The translations under genes were made by a program, and so were the position numbers. DNA of 64,000 bases from Alphaproteobacteria bacterium (lineage in GTDB: Bacteria > Pseudomonadota > Alphaproteobacteria > SP197): NCBI GenBank assembly GCA_965228895.1, contig OZ245842.1:5344001-5408000 (forward strand), read 5' to 3'. The stretch's first letter is position 1. Each line of letters opens with the position of its first letter. The notes under the pieces are model-generated. The model was not told the origin of the DNA, ran no database searches, and saw only the letters and a program-made list of their open reading frames with translations. Shown piece after piece: positions 37,571 to 46,878 of the stretch.

Positions 37571-39881
37571 TTCAAAGAACGACACCAAGACCAACGGCTT
37601 CAAGACTGTCGGCACGCGGCCTGTCCGCCCCGATGGCGTCGACAAGGTTACCGGCCGCGCGCGCTTCGGCGCCGACATGTCGGCCCCGGGCATGCTGGTC
37701 GGGTACATTCTCAGAAGTCCCCATGCGCACGCACGCATTCGCAAGATCGACACGTCAAAGGCCGAGGCGCTTCCGGGCGTCAAGGCGGTCATCACGTCGA
37801 AGGATCTGAAGGCCCAGCCGGGATGCGATATGGACGTGCTGACCAATGTCATGGCGCGCGGCAAGGCGCTTTATGACGGTCATGCCGTGGCCGCCGTCGC
37901 CGCGGTCGATGCCTCGGTGGCGCGCAAGGCGCTGAAGTTGATCGAGGTCGACTATAAGGTCCTGCCCCATGTCACCGATGTCGACGAGGCGATGAAGCCC
38001 GACGCACCGGTGCTGCACAAACATATAGAGCACGACTATCACCAGGATCTCCTGGAAACGGCCGCTCATGTCACAGGCAAGGATGAACGGACGTTGCCGG
38101 CGGGCAACCGTCCGTCGAACATTGCCGGGCGCTACGAGTTCGGCCATGGCGACGTCAAGAAAGGCTTCCGCGAAGCCGACGTCATCGTCGAGCACGAATT
38201 CACGACCGAGGCGACCCATCAGGGCTATATCGAACCCCACGCGTGCCTGGCGAGCGTCAGCAGTGATGGCTGGGGTGAGCTTTGGGTCTGCACCCAGGGT
38301 CACTTCATGGTGCGCGATGTCTGTGCCAGCCTGCTTGGCATGGACGTTTCGCGGCTGCGCGTGACGGCATCGGAAATCGGTGGTGGTTTCGGCGGCAAGA
38401 CGACCGTTTTCATCGAGCCTGTCGCCTTGGCGCTGTCGCGCAAGGCGGGCCGGCCGGTCAAGGTGGTCATGAGCCGCGAGGAGGTCTTCCGGGCGACCGG
38501 GCCGACATCATCCGCCAGCATGAAGGTCAAGATCGGCGCCAAGAAGGACGGCACGTTCACCGCCGGCGAGGCGATCCTGAAGTACCAAGGCGGCGCCTTC
38601 CCCGGCTCGCCGGTCGAGATGGGCGCCATGTGCGCGTTCGCCTGTTACGACATGAAGCACGTCAAGATCGTCGGCTATGACGTCGTTACCAACCGGCCCA
38701 AGCAGGCGGCTTATCGTGCGCCGGGCGCACCGATGTCCGCCTTCGCGGTCGAAGGCTGCATCGGCGAGCTCGGTGAGAAGCTCGGTATGGACGCGATTGA
38801 TCTTCGGCTGAAGAACGCGGCCAAGGAAGGCACGGTGTCGTCCTATGGCCCGACCTTCGGTCCGGTCGGCTTGGTCGAAACACTGGAAGCCGCGAAAAAG
38901 CACAAGAACTACAAGGTCAAGCTGGGCAAGAACCAGGGCCGCGGCGTTGCCTCCGGTTTCTGGTTCAACTTCGGCGGCCAGACCTGCACGACCATCAATC
39001 TCAACAGCGATGGTACCTTGGGCGTCGCGGTCGGTACGCCGGACATCGGCGGCAGCCGGGCGTCCATGTGCCTGATGGCAGCCGAGGAGCTCGGCATTCC
39101 CTATAAGCAGGTGCGCGCCATCGTCGCCGATACGGCTTCTCTCGGTTACAACGACATCTCCGAAGGCAGCCGCGTGACGTTTTCGAGCGGGCTTGCCACG
39201 ATCCAGGCGACGCGCGAACTGAAGGCAAAGCTGTGTGCCCGCGCCGCCATGATCTGGGGTATCCCCGAAGACGCGGTGACGTGGGAGAACGGCGCCGCCC
39301 GGCCGGCCGGTGCGAATGCCGGCAACTTCGATCCGCTCACAATCGAGGAGTTGGCCGATAAGGCGGCCGCCACGGGCGGTCCGATTGCCGGTCACTACGA
39401 GGTCAACGCCGATGGTGCCGCACCCAGCTTCGCGACCCATGTGGTCGACGTCGAGGTCGACCCGGAAACCGGCGCCATGGAGGTGCTGCGCTACCTCGTT
39501 GTGCAGGACGCCGGCAAGGCGGTCCATCCGGACTATGTCGAAGGCCAGTACCAGGGCGGTGCCGTCCAGGGTATCGGCTGGGTGCTCAACGAAGAGTACA
39601 TCTACGGCGAGGATGGCCGGCTGCAGAACGCAGGTTTCCTGGATTACCGCATCCCCGTCTGCTCCGACGTGCCGATGATCGATACGGTGATCGTCGAGGT
39701 GCCGAACCCCGGTCACCCCTACGGCGTCCGTGGCGTCGGCGAGACGTCGATCGTGCCGCCTTTGGCGGCGGTCGCCAACGCGGTTTCGGCCGCCATGGGT
39801 GTGCGGGCGACGACCTTGCCGATGTCACCACCCCGGGTGCTTGCCGCGCTCGACAACAAAATGCGGCAGGCCGCGGACTAG
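37560..39881 (+). CDS. Xanthine dehydrogenase family molybdopterin-binding (large) subunit
   Basis: KVTGRA, RSPHAHA, HQGYIEPH, IGGGFGGK, AYRAPG, GQYQGG, RGVGE. Confidence 0.95.
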   Translation: MPLDSKNDTKTNGFKTVGTRPVRPDGVDKVTGRARFGADMSAPGMLVGYILRSPHAHARIRKIDTSKAEALPGVKAVITSKDLKAQPGCDMDVLTNVMARGKALYDGHAVAAVAAVDASVARKALKLIEVDYKVLPHVTDVDEAMKPDAPVLHKHIEHDYHQDLLETAAHVTGKDERTLPAGNRPSNIAGRYEFGHGDVKKGFREADVIVEHEFTTEATHQGYIEPHACLASVSSDGWGELWVCTQGHFMVRDVCASLLGMDVSRLRVTASEIGGGFGGKTTVFIEPVALALSRKAGRPVKVVMSREEVFRATGPTSSASMKVKIGAKKDGTFTAGEAILKYQGGAFPGSPVEMGAMCAFACYDMKHVKIVGYDVVTNRPKQAAYRAPGAPMSAFAVEGCIGELGEKLGMDAIDLRLKNAAKEGTVSSYGPTFGPVGLVETLEAAKKHKNYKVKLGKNQGRGVASGFWFNFGGQTCTTINLNSDGTLGVAVGTPDIGGSRASMCLMAAEELGIPYKQVRAIVADTASLGYNDISEGSRVTFSSGLATIQATRELKAKLCARAAMIWGIPEDAVTWENGAARPAGANAGNFDPLTIEELADKAAATGGPIAGHYEVNADGAAPSFATHVVDVEVDPETGAMEVLRYLVVQDAGKAVHPDYVEGQYQGGAVQGIGWVLNEEYIYGEDGRLQNAGFLDYRIPVCSDVPMIDTVIVEVPNPGHPYGVRGVGETSIVPPLAAVANAVSAAMGVRATTLPMSPPRVLAALDNKMRQAAD

Positions 39882-39884
39882 GTG

Positions 39885-40130
39885 ATGCTGACGGTCAAGC
39901 TCGGCGGCTCACTTGCCGGTCAGGCCGGTGGTAAGACCGAGTTCGAGGTCGAGGGGCGCAATGTCATGGAGATGTTGCGCAACCTCGCCGAAGCCTGCCC
40001 GAAGCTGAAGCCGGTGCTGGATAAAGGCGTGTCGGTTTCGATTGATGGCCAGATGCATCGCGACGCGACCTATCAAACGCTGACGCCGGAGAACGAGATC
40101 TTCGTGCTGCCCCGTATGGCCGGCGGCTGA
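39885..40130 (+). CDS. MoaD/ThiS family sulfur carrier
   Basis: About 80-aa beta-grasp-sized protein ending LPRMAGG. Confidence 0.88.
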   Translation: MLTVKLGGSLAGQAGGKTEFEVEGRNVMEMLRNLAEACPKLKPVLDKGVSVSIDGQMHRDATYQTLTPENEIFVLPRMAGG

Positions 40131-40140
40131 TCGCGATCTT

Positions 40141-40929
40141 ATGGAAGCCGAGGAGAACCCGTTGGCAATGACGGGCGATGAGGATCTGCTCGACCACTTG
40201 CAGGCGCGCACCGGCATCATCTGCTTTGCCGGCGCCGGCGGCAAAAAGACCAGCATGGTCCATCTGGCCGCGTTGCACGATGGTCATGTCGGATTGACCA
40301 ACACCATCAAGGTGCCGTTTCGCCTGAAACGCGAGTCCGACGATCTGATACCGCTGGATGAGGGTGCCGATGTCGAGGCCGCGCTCGCCGCGCTCGCCGG
40401 CAAGCGGATCGCCGGTTATGCCGGGCCTAAAACCCGGTCGTTCCGTCTGGAAGGGATCGCGCCGGACACCATAGCGGCCATCCACCAGGCGGGTGGTTTC
40501 GATGCGACCTATGTGAAGGTCGATGGCGCGCGCATGCGCCTGGCCAAGGGACACAAATCGGGCGAGCCCATCCTGGTGCCTGGCACGACGACCGTGCTGC
40601 TGTTCGCCTCAGCCCACGTCGTCGGGCGAACGCTGGATGACGAGACGGTCCACCACCCCGATATCTTCGCTGGTCTGGTCGGGGCGGCGGTCGGCGATGT
40701 CATCACGGAAGCCCATGTCGCCGCTGCCTTAAGCCATCAGGTTGCGACCATAGGGGTCGCGACACCGGCACGTATCGTACCGGTCATCAACATGGCCGAC
40801 GATGAGTCCCGGATGGCGGTGGCAAACACGATAGCAAATCAGGTTTGGCAGAACACACCGGCCGTCGAGCGCTTGGCCATCACGTCGATGATCCAGCCTG
40901 ACGCCCTGAAAGACCTTCTGGTTCGTTGA
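40141..40929 (+). CDS. yqeC: YqeC-like selenium-dependent hydroxylase accessory protein
   Basis: FAGAGGKKT, LTNT, VKVDGARMRLAKG..EPILVP, VGRTLDDETVHH, PVINMAD; follows a Mo-hydroxylase operon. Confidence 0.72.
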   Translation: MEAEENPLAMTGDEDLLDHLQARTGIICFAGAGGKKTSMVHLAALHDGHVGLTNTIKVPFRLKRESDDLIPLDEGADVEAALAALAGKRIAGYAGPKTRSFRLEGIAPDTIAAIHQAGGFDATYVKVDGARMRLAKGHKSGEPILVPGTTTVLLFASAHVVGRTLDDETVHHPDIFAGLVGAAVGDVITEAHVAAALSHQVATIGVATPARIVPVINMADDESRMAVANTIANQVWQNTPAVERLAITSMIQPDALKDLLVR

Positions 40930-40937
40930 TGCTCTTG

Positions 40938-41077
40938 CTAGAGCGGGTCGTGGTTGGGTGGAACCGATAAACGGTTCCACCCAACCACGTGAATCCGCTC
41001 TTTATCCATGATTAGAGCAGATTCACTCGGTTTGACGGCATCGCAAGGCAATTCCATCAAACCGGGATCTGCTCTAG
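40938..41077 (+). repeat. CIR/RIME-like double-hairpin intergenic repeat, copy 2
   Basis: CTAGAGC..GCTCTAG termini, two long hairpins, two GANTC sites; homologous to 18031-18167. Confidence 0.8.
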
Positions 41078-41107
41078 CCTCTGCCGCCAAGAAAAAGGGG
41101 GCAGTTC

Positions 41108-42304
41108 ATGGCTGACGAACTCTCGTTGATGCGGCGGTTCCCTGCCGGAGACAGCGAGCAGGTGACCATCGCGAACATGCAGGAGGGTCCCTTCAACCGC
41201 TGGGCGTTCCGCAACATGCGGCGTTTGCTGCCGACCGCCAATGTCTGGCGCGGCGATGGCCCGGTGACCGACCTGCCGGCGGCGCCGGCCCATCTCGACG
41301 ACATCGTCTTCGAAGACCGTGACGGCAAGGCGCAGACCATCAAACAGCACCTCGACGCCGGCTATACGGACGGGTTCGTCGTGCTGCACGAAGGCGCCAT
41401 GGTTGCCGAACGATACGGTGACGGCGTCCAAGCGCACGAACCCCATCTTCTGATGTCCGTCACCAAGTCGTTCGCCGGTTCACTCGCCGGCATCCTTGTC
41501 GAACGCGGCCTTGTGTCGCCCGACGATATCGTTACCGACATCATCCCGGAGGTCGCCGGTTCGGCCTATGACGGCGCCACGGTGCGCCACGTGCTCGATA
41601 TGACCGTGGGCATGGACTATGACGAGGACTACGACAATCCCGATAGCGACGTCGCGCTGTTGGATGTCGCGGCCGGTTGGCGCCCCGCGCGTGACGGCGC
41701 GCCCGACAACCTGCGCGACTACATCGCGACCATGCGCCCGGCCGGAAAGCACGGCGCCGCGTTCCACTATGTCTCGACCAACACGGACTTGCTCGGCTGG
41801 ATCCTGGAACGGGTTTCGGGCCACGATTTCGCGACCTTGCTGAGCCGAGAGATCTGGCAGCTCATGGGCGCAGAAGCCGATGCCTATATCACGCTCGATC
41901 GTCTGGGCGCGCCGCAGACCGATGGCGGGCTGTGCGTGACGACGCGCGATCTCGCGCGCTTCGGCCTGCTGCACTTGAGAAACGGTGTCTTGAACGGCAG
42001 ACGTATCGTGCCGGAATCGTGGATCCGCGACATCCGGGAAAACGGAGACGCCGCAGCCTGGGATCGCGGCAACTTCGCCGACATGATGCCGGGCTTTCAC
42101 TACCGCTCGAAATGGTACACCGATCTGAAGGACGATCACCGGCCCTATCAGGGCAGCGGCATCCACGGCCAGACATTGTTCATCGATCCTGCCGCCAGCG
42201 TCGTGATTGCCCGGCATTCCAGCCATCCGGCGCCGGTCGATGAGGCCTTTTTCGACGACATGTCGCGCGCCTTCAGGGCGATCGCCCGTGCCCTCGGCGA
42301 CTGA
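41108..42304 (+). CDS. Serine hydrolase, 6-aminohexanoate-dimer hydrolase (NylB)-like
   Basis: HLLMSVTKS, HVLDM, YVSTNTDLLGW, RDLARFG, GIHGQ. Confidence 0.9.
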   Translation: MADELSLMRRFPAGDSEQVTIANMQEGPFNRWAFRNMRRLLPTANVWRGDGPVTDLPAAPAHLDDIVFEDRDGKAQTIKQHLDAGYTDGFVVLHEGAMVAERYGDGVQAHEPHLLMSVTKSFAGSLAGILVERGLVSPDDIVTDIIPEVAGSAYDGATVRHVLDMTVGMDYDEDYDNPDSDVALLDVAAGWRPARDGAPDNLRDYIATMRPAGKHGAAFHYVSTNTDLLGWILERVSGHDFATLLSREIWQLMGAEADAYITLDRLGAPQTDGGLCVTTRDLARFGLLHLRNGVLNGRRIVPESWIRDIRENGDAAAWDRGNFADMMPGFHYRSKWYTDLKDDHRPYQGSGIHGQTLFIDPAASVVIARHSSHPAPVDEAFFDDMSRAFRAIARALGD

Positions 42305-43469
42305 CCCGAGCGCGGTCACCGCGACAAACTTTCAGGACGCGCCGCACAGCGCCTGGGGTTTTCATCACGTGCGCGAGCGCCAGCCGACGGCCAAGGTTTG
42401 GCGTGGCGACGGTCCCGTTTGGGCATTGCCGGATGAGCCACGCGATATTGGCGCCATTGCCTACCAGACCGGTAATGGCGGCACGCGGACGGTCGCCGAC
42501 ATGGTGGACGACAGCCATCTCGACGGCTTTATCGTGCTGCATAGGGGCGCCGTCGTCGCCGAGGTTTACGGAAACGGCATGCGTCCGCAGGACACGCACA
42601 TCTTGATGTCGACGACCAAGTCGTTCACCGGTTCGCTGGCCGGCATCTTGGCCGAGCAGGGTGTGCTGGATACCGAGGCCCGTGTCACCGACGTGCTGCC
42701 GGACCTTGCGGGGACGGCCTATGGCGGTGCGACGGTGCGCCACCTGCTCGACATGCGGGTCGGGCTCGACTTCTCGGAAGACTACGACGATCCCGAATGC
42801 GATTTTGCCTATCTGGATGCCGCCAGCGGTTGGCGTCCGCCGATCAGGCCGGACGCGCCGGACAACCTCTTGGACTTCATGAGGATCATCCGCGCCAAAC
42901 CGCCGCACGGCGGCGCGTTTCACTACGTCTCCGCCAACTCGGTGGTGCTGGGCTGGGTGTTGGAGGCGGTCGCCGGCGAACCGTTCGCGGATCTTCTGTC
43001 GCGTCACATCTGGCAGCCGATGGGCGCCGAATTCGACGCCGATCTGGTGGTCGACCGCTGCGGCCGCTCGCAGACCGAAGGCGGCCTCAACGTCACGTTG
43101 CGCGACCTCGCGCGGTTTGGCGAGTTGCATCGTAGGGGCGGCATCGTCGACGGCCGCCGTGTCGTGCCGGAAGCCTGGATCAAGGACATGCACGAGAACG
43201 GCGACGCCGATGCCTGGGACAACGGTACGATGGCCGGCCCATTCCCTGGGCACCACTACCGGTCCCAGTGGTACACCAATCGCCAGCATCCCCATCGGCC
43301 GTTCTTCACGCTCGGCGCGTTTGGCCAGACGGTTTTTGTCGACCCGGCGGCCGAACTGGTTATGGCCAAGCTGAGCTGTTTTCCCGGCGGCGCTGGGGAA
43401 GACGCGTTGTGGGGTGACCTGATGGGCGCATTCTATGCGATCGGTGGGTCGCTGGCGGCAGAAACATAA
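42288..43469 (+). CDS. NylB-like serine hydrolase, paralog 2
   Basis: HILMSTTKS, YVSANS, RDLARFG, GAFGQ; GTG start overlapping upstream gene is inferred. Confidence 0.87.
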   Translation: MPSATDPSAVTATNFQDAPHSAWGFHHVRERQPTAKVWRGDGPVWALPDEPRDIGAIAYQTGNGGTRTVADMVDDSHLDGFIVLHRGAVVAEVYGNGMRPQDTHILMSTTKSFTGSLAGILAEQGVLDTEARVTDVLPDLAGTAYGGATVRHLLDMRVGLDFSEDYDDPECDFAYLDAASGWRPPIRPDAPDNLLDFMRIIRAKPPHGGAFHYVSANSVVLGWVLEAVAGEPFADLLSRHIWQPMGAEFDADLVVDRCGRSQTEGGLNVTLRDLARFGELHRRGGIVDGRRVVPEAWIKDMHENGDADAWDNGTMAGPFPGHHYRSQWYTNRQHPHRPFFTLGAFGQTVFVDPAAELVMAKLSCFPGGAGEDALWGDLMGAFYAIGGSLAAET

Positions 43470-43481
43470 GAGGGTAGGACC

Positions 43482-44675
43482 ATGAGTGAACCGCGATTGA
43501 TGGCGGACTTTCCGCCAGCCGAAGCCGGCCAGGTGACCTTGGAAAACTGGCGCACGCCACCCTACAACCGTTGGGCGTTCCAGCACGTGCGGGAGCTGAT
43601 CCCGACCGCCAGTATCTGGCGTGGCGCAGGCGCGGTCTGGGAGCTGGACCGCCAGCCCGTCGACCTGATGGATGTCGCGTTCATCGACCACACGGGCGCG
43701 TCGTCGGATCTCAGGCGCTTCGTCGCGTCGACCCAGGTCGACGGTCTGCTCGTGCTTCATCGCGGCAACGTCGTCACCGAGCGTTACTTCGGCGGCTTTA
43801 CCGAACACCGTCCGCACATTCTGATGTCGGTCTCGAAGTCCCTGACGGCAACGCTGGCCGGTATGTTCGTGGCACGCGGTCTGCTTGATCCGGCCGAGCC
43901 GGTCATCGACTTCATGCCGGAGGTTCAGGGTTCGGCCTTCGAACACTGCACGCTGCAGCACATTCTGGACATGACCGTTGGCGCCGACTTCGACGAAGAC
44001 TACCTGGCCAATGCGGGCGCCATCACCGAATACCGCGAGGTCTCCGGCTGGAAACCGGTGACGCCCGAGACCGCCGATGGCGACCTCAGGAGCTGGCTGC
44101 CCAGCGTCAAGAGGAAAGGCGAGCACGGCGCGGCGTTCCACTATGTCTCGCCCTGTACCGACCTGCTCGGCTGGATTCTGGAGCGGGTCGGCGGTCGGCC
44201 ATTCCACGCCATGTTCTCCGACATGATCTGGCAGCCCATGGGGGCGGAGTTCGACGCCTATATCACGGTCGACCGGCTGGGTGGACAGCGCGTCGCCGGC
44301 GGCATCTGCGTTACCTTGCGCGACCTCGCGCGCTTCGGTCAGATGATGCTGGAAGGCGGTCATGGCAACGGACGCCAGATCGTGCCCAGTGCCTGGATCG
44401 ACGATACGGTGACCAACTTCGACCGCGCCGCGTGGGCCGCCGGCGAGTACGAGAAGAGCATGCCGTCCGGCGGTTACCGCAACAAATGGTGGATCATCGG
44501 TAATGACCACGGCGCTTATTCCGGCATCGGTGTCTTCGGCCAATGGCTTTACATCGATCCGAAGGCGTCGACGGTTATCGCTGTGTTTTCGTCCCAGCCG
44601 TTGCCAACCGACGACAACGTGTCGCTCGATTCCGTACGGTGTTTCGACGCGGTCGCCCGCGCACTTGGCGGATAA
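43482..44675 (+). CDS. NylB-like serine hydrolase, paralog 3
   Basis: HILMSVSKS, YVSPCTDLLGW, RDLARFG, GVFGQ. Confidence 0.9.
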   Translation: MSEPRLMADFPPAEAGQVTLENWRTPPYNRWAFQHVRELIPTASIWRGAGAVWELDRQPVDLMDVAFIDHTGASSDLRRFVASTQVDGLLVLHRGNVVTERYFGGFTEHRPHILMSVSKSLTATLAGMFVARGLLDPAEPVIDFMPEVQGSAFEHCTLQHILDMTVGADFDEDYLANAGAITEYREVSGWKPVTPETADGDLRSWLPSVKRKGEHGAAFHYVSPCTDLLGWILERVGGRPFHAMFSDMIWQPMGAEFDAYITVDRLGGQRVAGGICVTLRDLARFGQMMLEGGHGNGRQIVPSAWIDDTVTNFDRAAWAAGEYEKSMPSGGYRNKWWIIGNDHGAYSGIGVFGQWLYIDPKASTVIAVFSSQPLPTDDNVSLDSVRCFDAVARALGG

Positions 44676-44686
44676 GCTTACGCGCT

Positions 44687-45169
44687 ATGACAATTCGCGA
44701 ACTGACGATGGCGGATGCCGATTGGTTTCTGCCGCTCAACAACAACGCGGTACCCCATGTCAACGCGCTCGAGAGCGGCGACCTGGAAGCGATGCTCGCG
44801 GAGGCAGCGTTGGCTTGGGCGATTTTGGCCGGCGAGGAGCCTGCCGGCGGCCTGATCGCGTTTCGGCCGGGAACCGGCTACGACAGCGCTAACTATCTGT
44901 GGTTTAAAGATAAATTCGACGATTTCCTCTACATCGACCGGGTCATCGTTGATCCGCAAAAGCGCGGCCTGGGCCTCGGTAAGTCCTTCTATGAGGGTGC
45001 GCTTGAGGCCGCGCGCACCGCCGGCGTGATGCTGTGTTGCGAGGTCAACGAGCGGCCGCCCAATCCCGGCTCCATGCGCTTTCATGAGCGGTTCGGCTTT
45101 GAACCGGTCGGGCGACAGGAGACGGAAGGCGGCAAGAAGTCGGTCGTGCTGCTGACGGTTCAGCCCTAA
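44687..45169 (+). CDS. GNAT family acetyltransferase
   Basis: YDSANYLWF, LYIDRVIV..RGLGLG, CEVN..PPN..SMRFHERFGF. Confidence 0.88.
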   Translation: MTIRELTMADADWFLPLNNNAVPHVNALESGDLEAMLAEAALAWAILAGEEPAGGLIAFRPGTGYDSANYLWFKDKFDDFLYIDRVIVDPQKRGLGLGKSFYEGALEAARTAGVMLCCEVNERPPNPGSMRFHERFGFEPVGRQETEGGKKSVVLLTVQP

Positions 45170-45176
45170 CGAACAA

Positions 45177-45917
45177 TCAATCGTACCAGGGCGGCGGCGA
45201 CACGGTCGTCATATGTTCGGCTTCCCAATCCTCGGTCGGCGGCAGGGTCGCGGGGTCGTCGGCCTTCATGTGCTGATAGACATTCAAATGTCGGATCATT
45301 TCGTATTGGCGGCGCAGTTCGGCGACCGCCGTCGGATGGGCGTCGATCCTGACGTTGATCTCGGCCATGTCCGGATAGCCGTCATTGTCCCAGCCATAGA
45401 CGACCAGACCGGCAGACCGCTCGGTCATATGCTTGCCGTCGGCGCCTTGGCCGCCGGAATCGCGGCCCGCCTCAATGGCGATCATAAGACGTTCTTGCAG
45501 CGGTTGGTCCACTGAGTCCTCAAACGCGGCCGCAATCGCGTCGACCACTTCGGGCCCGACCAGGACGTTGCCCATGGCGACATAACCGTCGCCGGTCACG
45601 TGACCTTTCCAGTCGCTGCAGTCGTCGCCCGTATGGGCCGCGACCTCACCGGCCTTCGATACGATGGCGACTTGACGAAAGCCGAAACTCCCATCGTCAT
45701 CGGCCAGCCGCGCCATCGTCTCAGCCACACCCATGCCATCCGACAGGCAAGACGCGCCCAGCGCACCCAGTCGCCGGTTCGTATAGGCCTGACTGCATAC
45801 GATGTCGCCGTGGCGGCTGACCGTCGGGCAAATGGCGGCGACATTCAGCGAGACCGTGGCGATCGCCAAACCTGTCTGACCGGTTTTGGGACAGCGTCCC
45901 ATGATCGTATACGTCAT
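45177..45917 (-). CDS. DUF1028 (Ntn-hydrolase-like) protein
   Basis: MTYTIMGRCP, SQA, RQVAIV..AHTG, GNVL, RIDAH..AVAELRR. Confidence 0.85.
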   Translation of the reverse strand: MTYTIMGRCPKTGQTGLAIATVSLNVAAICPTVSRHGDIVCSQAYTNRRLGALGASCLSDGMGVAETMARLADDDGSFGFRQVAIVSKAGEVAAHTGDDCSDWKGHVTGDGYVAMGNVLVGPEVVDAIAAAFEDSVDQPLQERLMIAIEAGRDSGGQGADGKHMTERSAGLVVYGWDNDGYPDMAEINVRIDAHPTAVAELRRQYEMIRHLNVYQHMKADDPATLPPTEDWEAEHMTTVSPPPWYD

Positions 45918-46058
45918 GTCGCATTCCTTGGTTAAGGTCGCGGCGGCAAACGAAATTTTTCGTCATCCGCGCAAGCCCCATGGCTTGTTTCCCGCGCGAA
46001 GCGCCCCAGTTTCAGGGGGCATCAACACCATACCGGCGTGTCCGGCAAGGAGGAACAC

Positions 46059-46655
46059 TTGGCCTTTGACCTTCCCGACCTTCCCTACGATCTCGACGCC
46101 CTCGACCCGTGGATGTCGAAGCGGACGTTGGAACTGCACCACGGCCGCCATCACGCCGGCTATGTCAAAAAGTTGAACGGTCTGGTCGAAGGGACGCCGT
46201 GGGAAGACAAGGATCTGGCCGAGATCGTTCGCGGCGCTTATGGCGACGACAGCAACAAAGGCCTGTTCAACAACGCGGCCCAGGACTGGAACCACAGCTT
46301 CTTCTGGAACAGCATGGCACCTGATGGCGGCGGTGATCCCTCGGGCGATCTTGCCGCGCGGCTGGCAAAAGACTTCGGTTCAGTCGACGACTTTCGCGGC
46401 GCCTTCAAACAGGCCGCGACGGGTCTCTTCGGCAGCGGCTGGACCTGGCTGGTCGACGATGGCGGCACGCTGAAGATCACGACCACATCCAATGCCGTTA
46501 CGCCGATCGTCGATCGCCATCGTCCTCTATTGACCCTGGATGTGTGGGAGCACGCCTATTACGTTGACTATCAGAACGACCGGGCGGGCTTTATCGACGC
46601 TTTTCTGGAGCATCTGGTCAATTGGTCGTTTGCCGCCGATAATCTGGGTTCGTAA
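46059..46655 (+). CDS. sodB: Fe superoxide dismutase
   Basis: HHGRHH, FNNAAQDWNHSFFW (Fe-type AAQ), DVWEHAYY; AGGAGG RBS before TTG. Confidence 0.92.
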   Translation: MAFDLPDLPYDLDALDPWMSKRTLELHHGRHHAGYVKKLNGLVEGTPWEDKDLAEIVRGAYGDDSNKGLFNNAAQDWNHSFFWNSMAPDGGGDPSGDLAARLAKDFGSVDDFRGAFKQAATGLFGSGWTWLVDDGGTLKITTTSNAVTPIVDRHRPLLTLDVWEHAYYVDYQNDRAGFIDAFLEHLVNWSFAADNLGS

Positions 46656-46679
46656 ATCGAAGCAGCGTGAGGCGGGCAA

Positions 46680-46865
46680 ATGGGTATTGAGTTCACCGGC
46701 ATCATCGGTCTGATCATTCTGATCGCCGACATCTGGGCGATTGTCAGCACCGTTTCCAGCCGGGCCTCGGTCGGCGCCAAGGTGCTGTGGATCATCTTGA
46801 TTCTGATCCTGCCGGTCATCGGTTTCATCGTCTGGCTGCTCGCCGGCCCACGCGCCAACCGTTAG
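46680..46865 (+). CDS. Small PLDc_N-like 2-TM membrane protein
   Basis: DIWAI..KVLWIILILILPVIGFIVWLLAG. Confidence 0.8.
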   Translation: MGIEFTGIIGLIILIADIWAIVSTVSSRASVGAKVLWIILILILPVIGFIVWLLAGPRANR

Positions 46866-46878
46866 CGGCTCGCTCTTT

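Noticed and set aside
36218-39881. Aerobic CO dehydrogenase coxMSL
   Set aside because: Gene order fits, but the active-site loop is AYRAPG, not AYxCSFR (form I) or AYRGAGR (form II)
42273-44543. 756-aa minus-strand ORF
   Set aside because: Antisense shadow of the NylB-like genes caused by high-GC codon bias; no motifs
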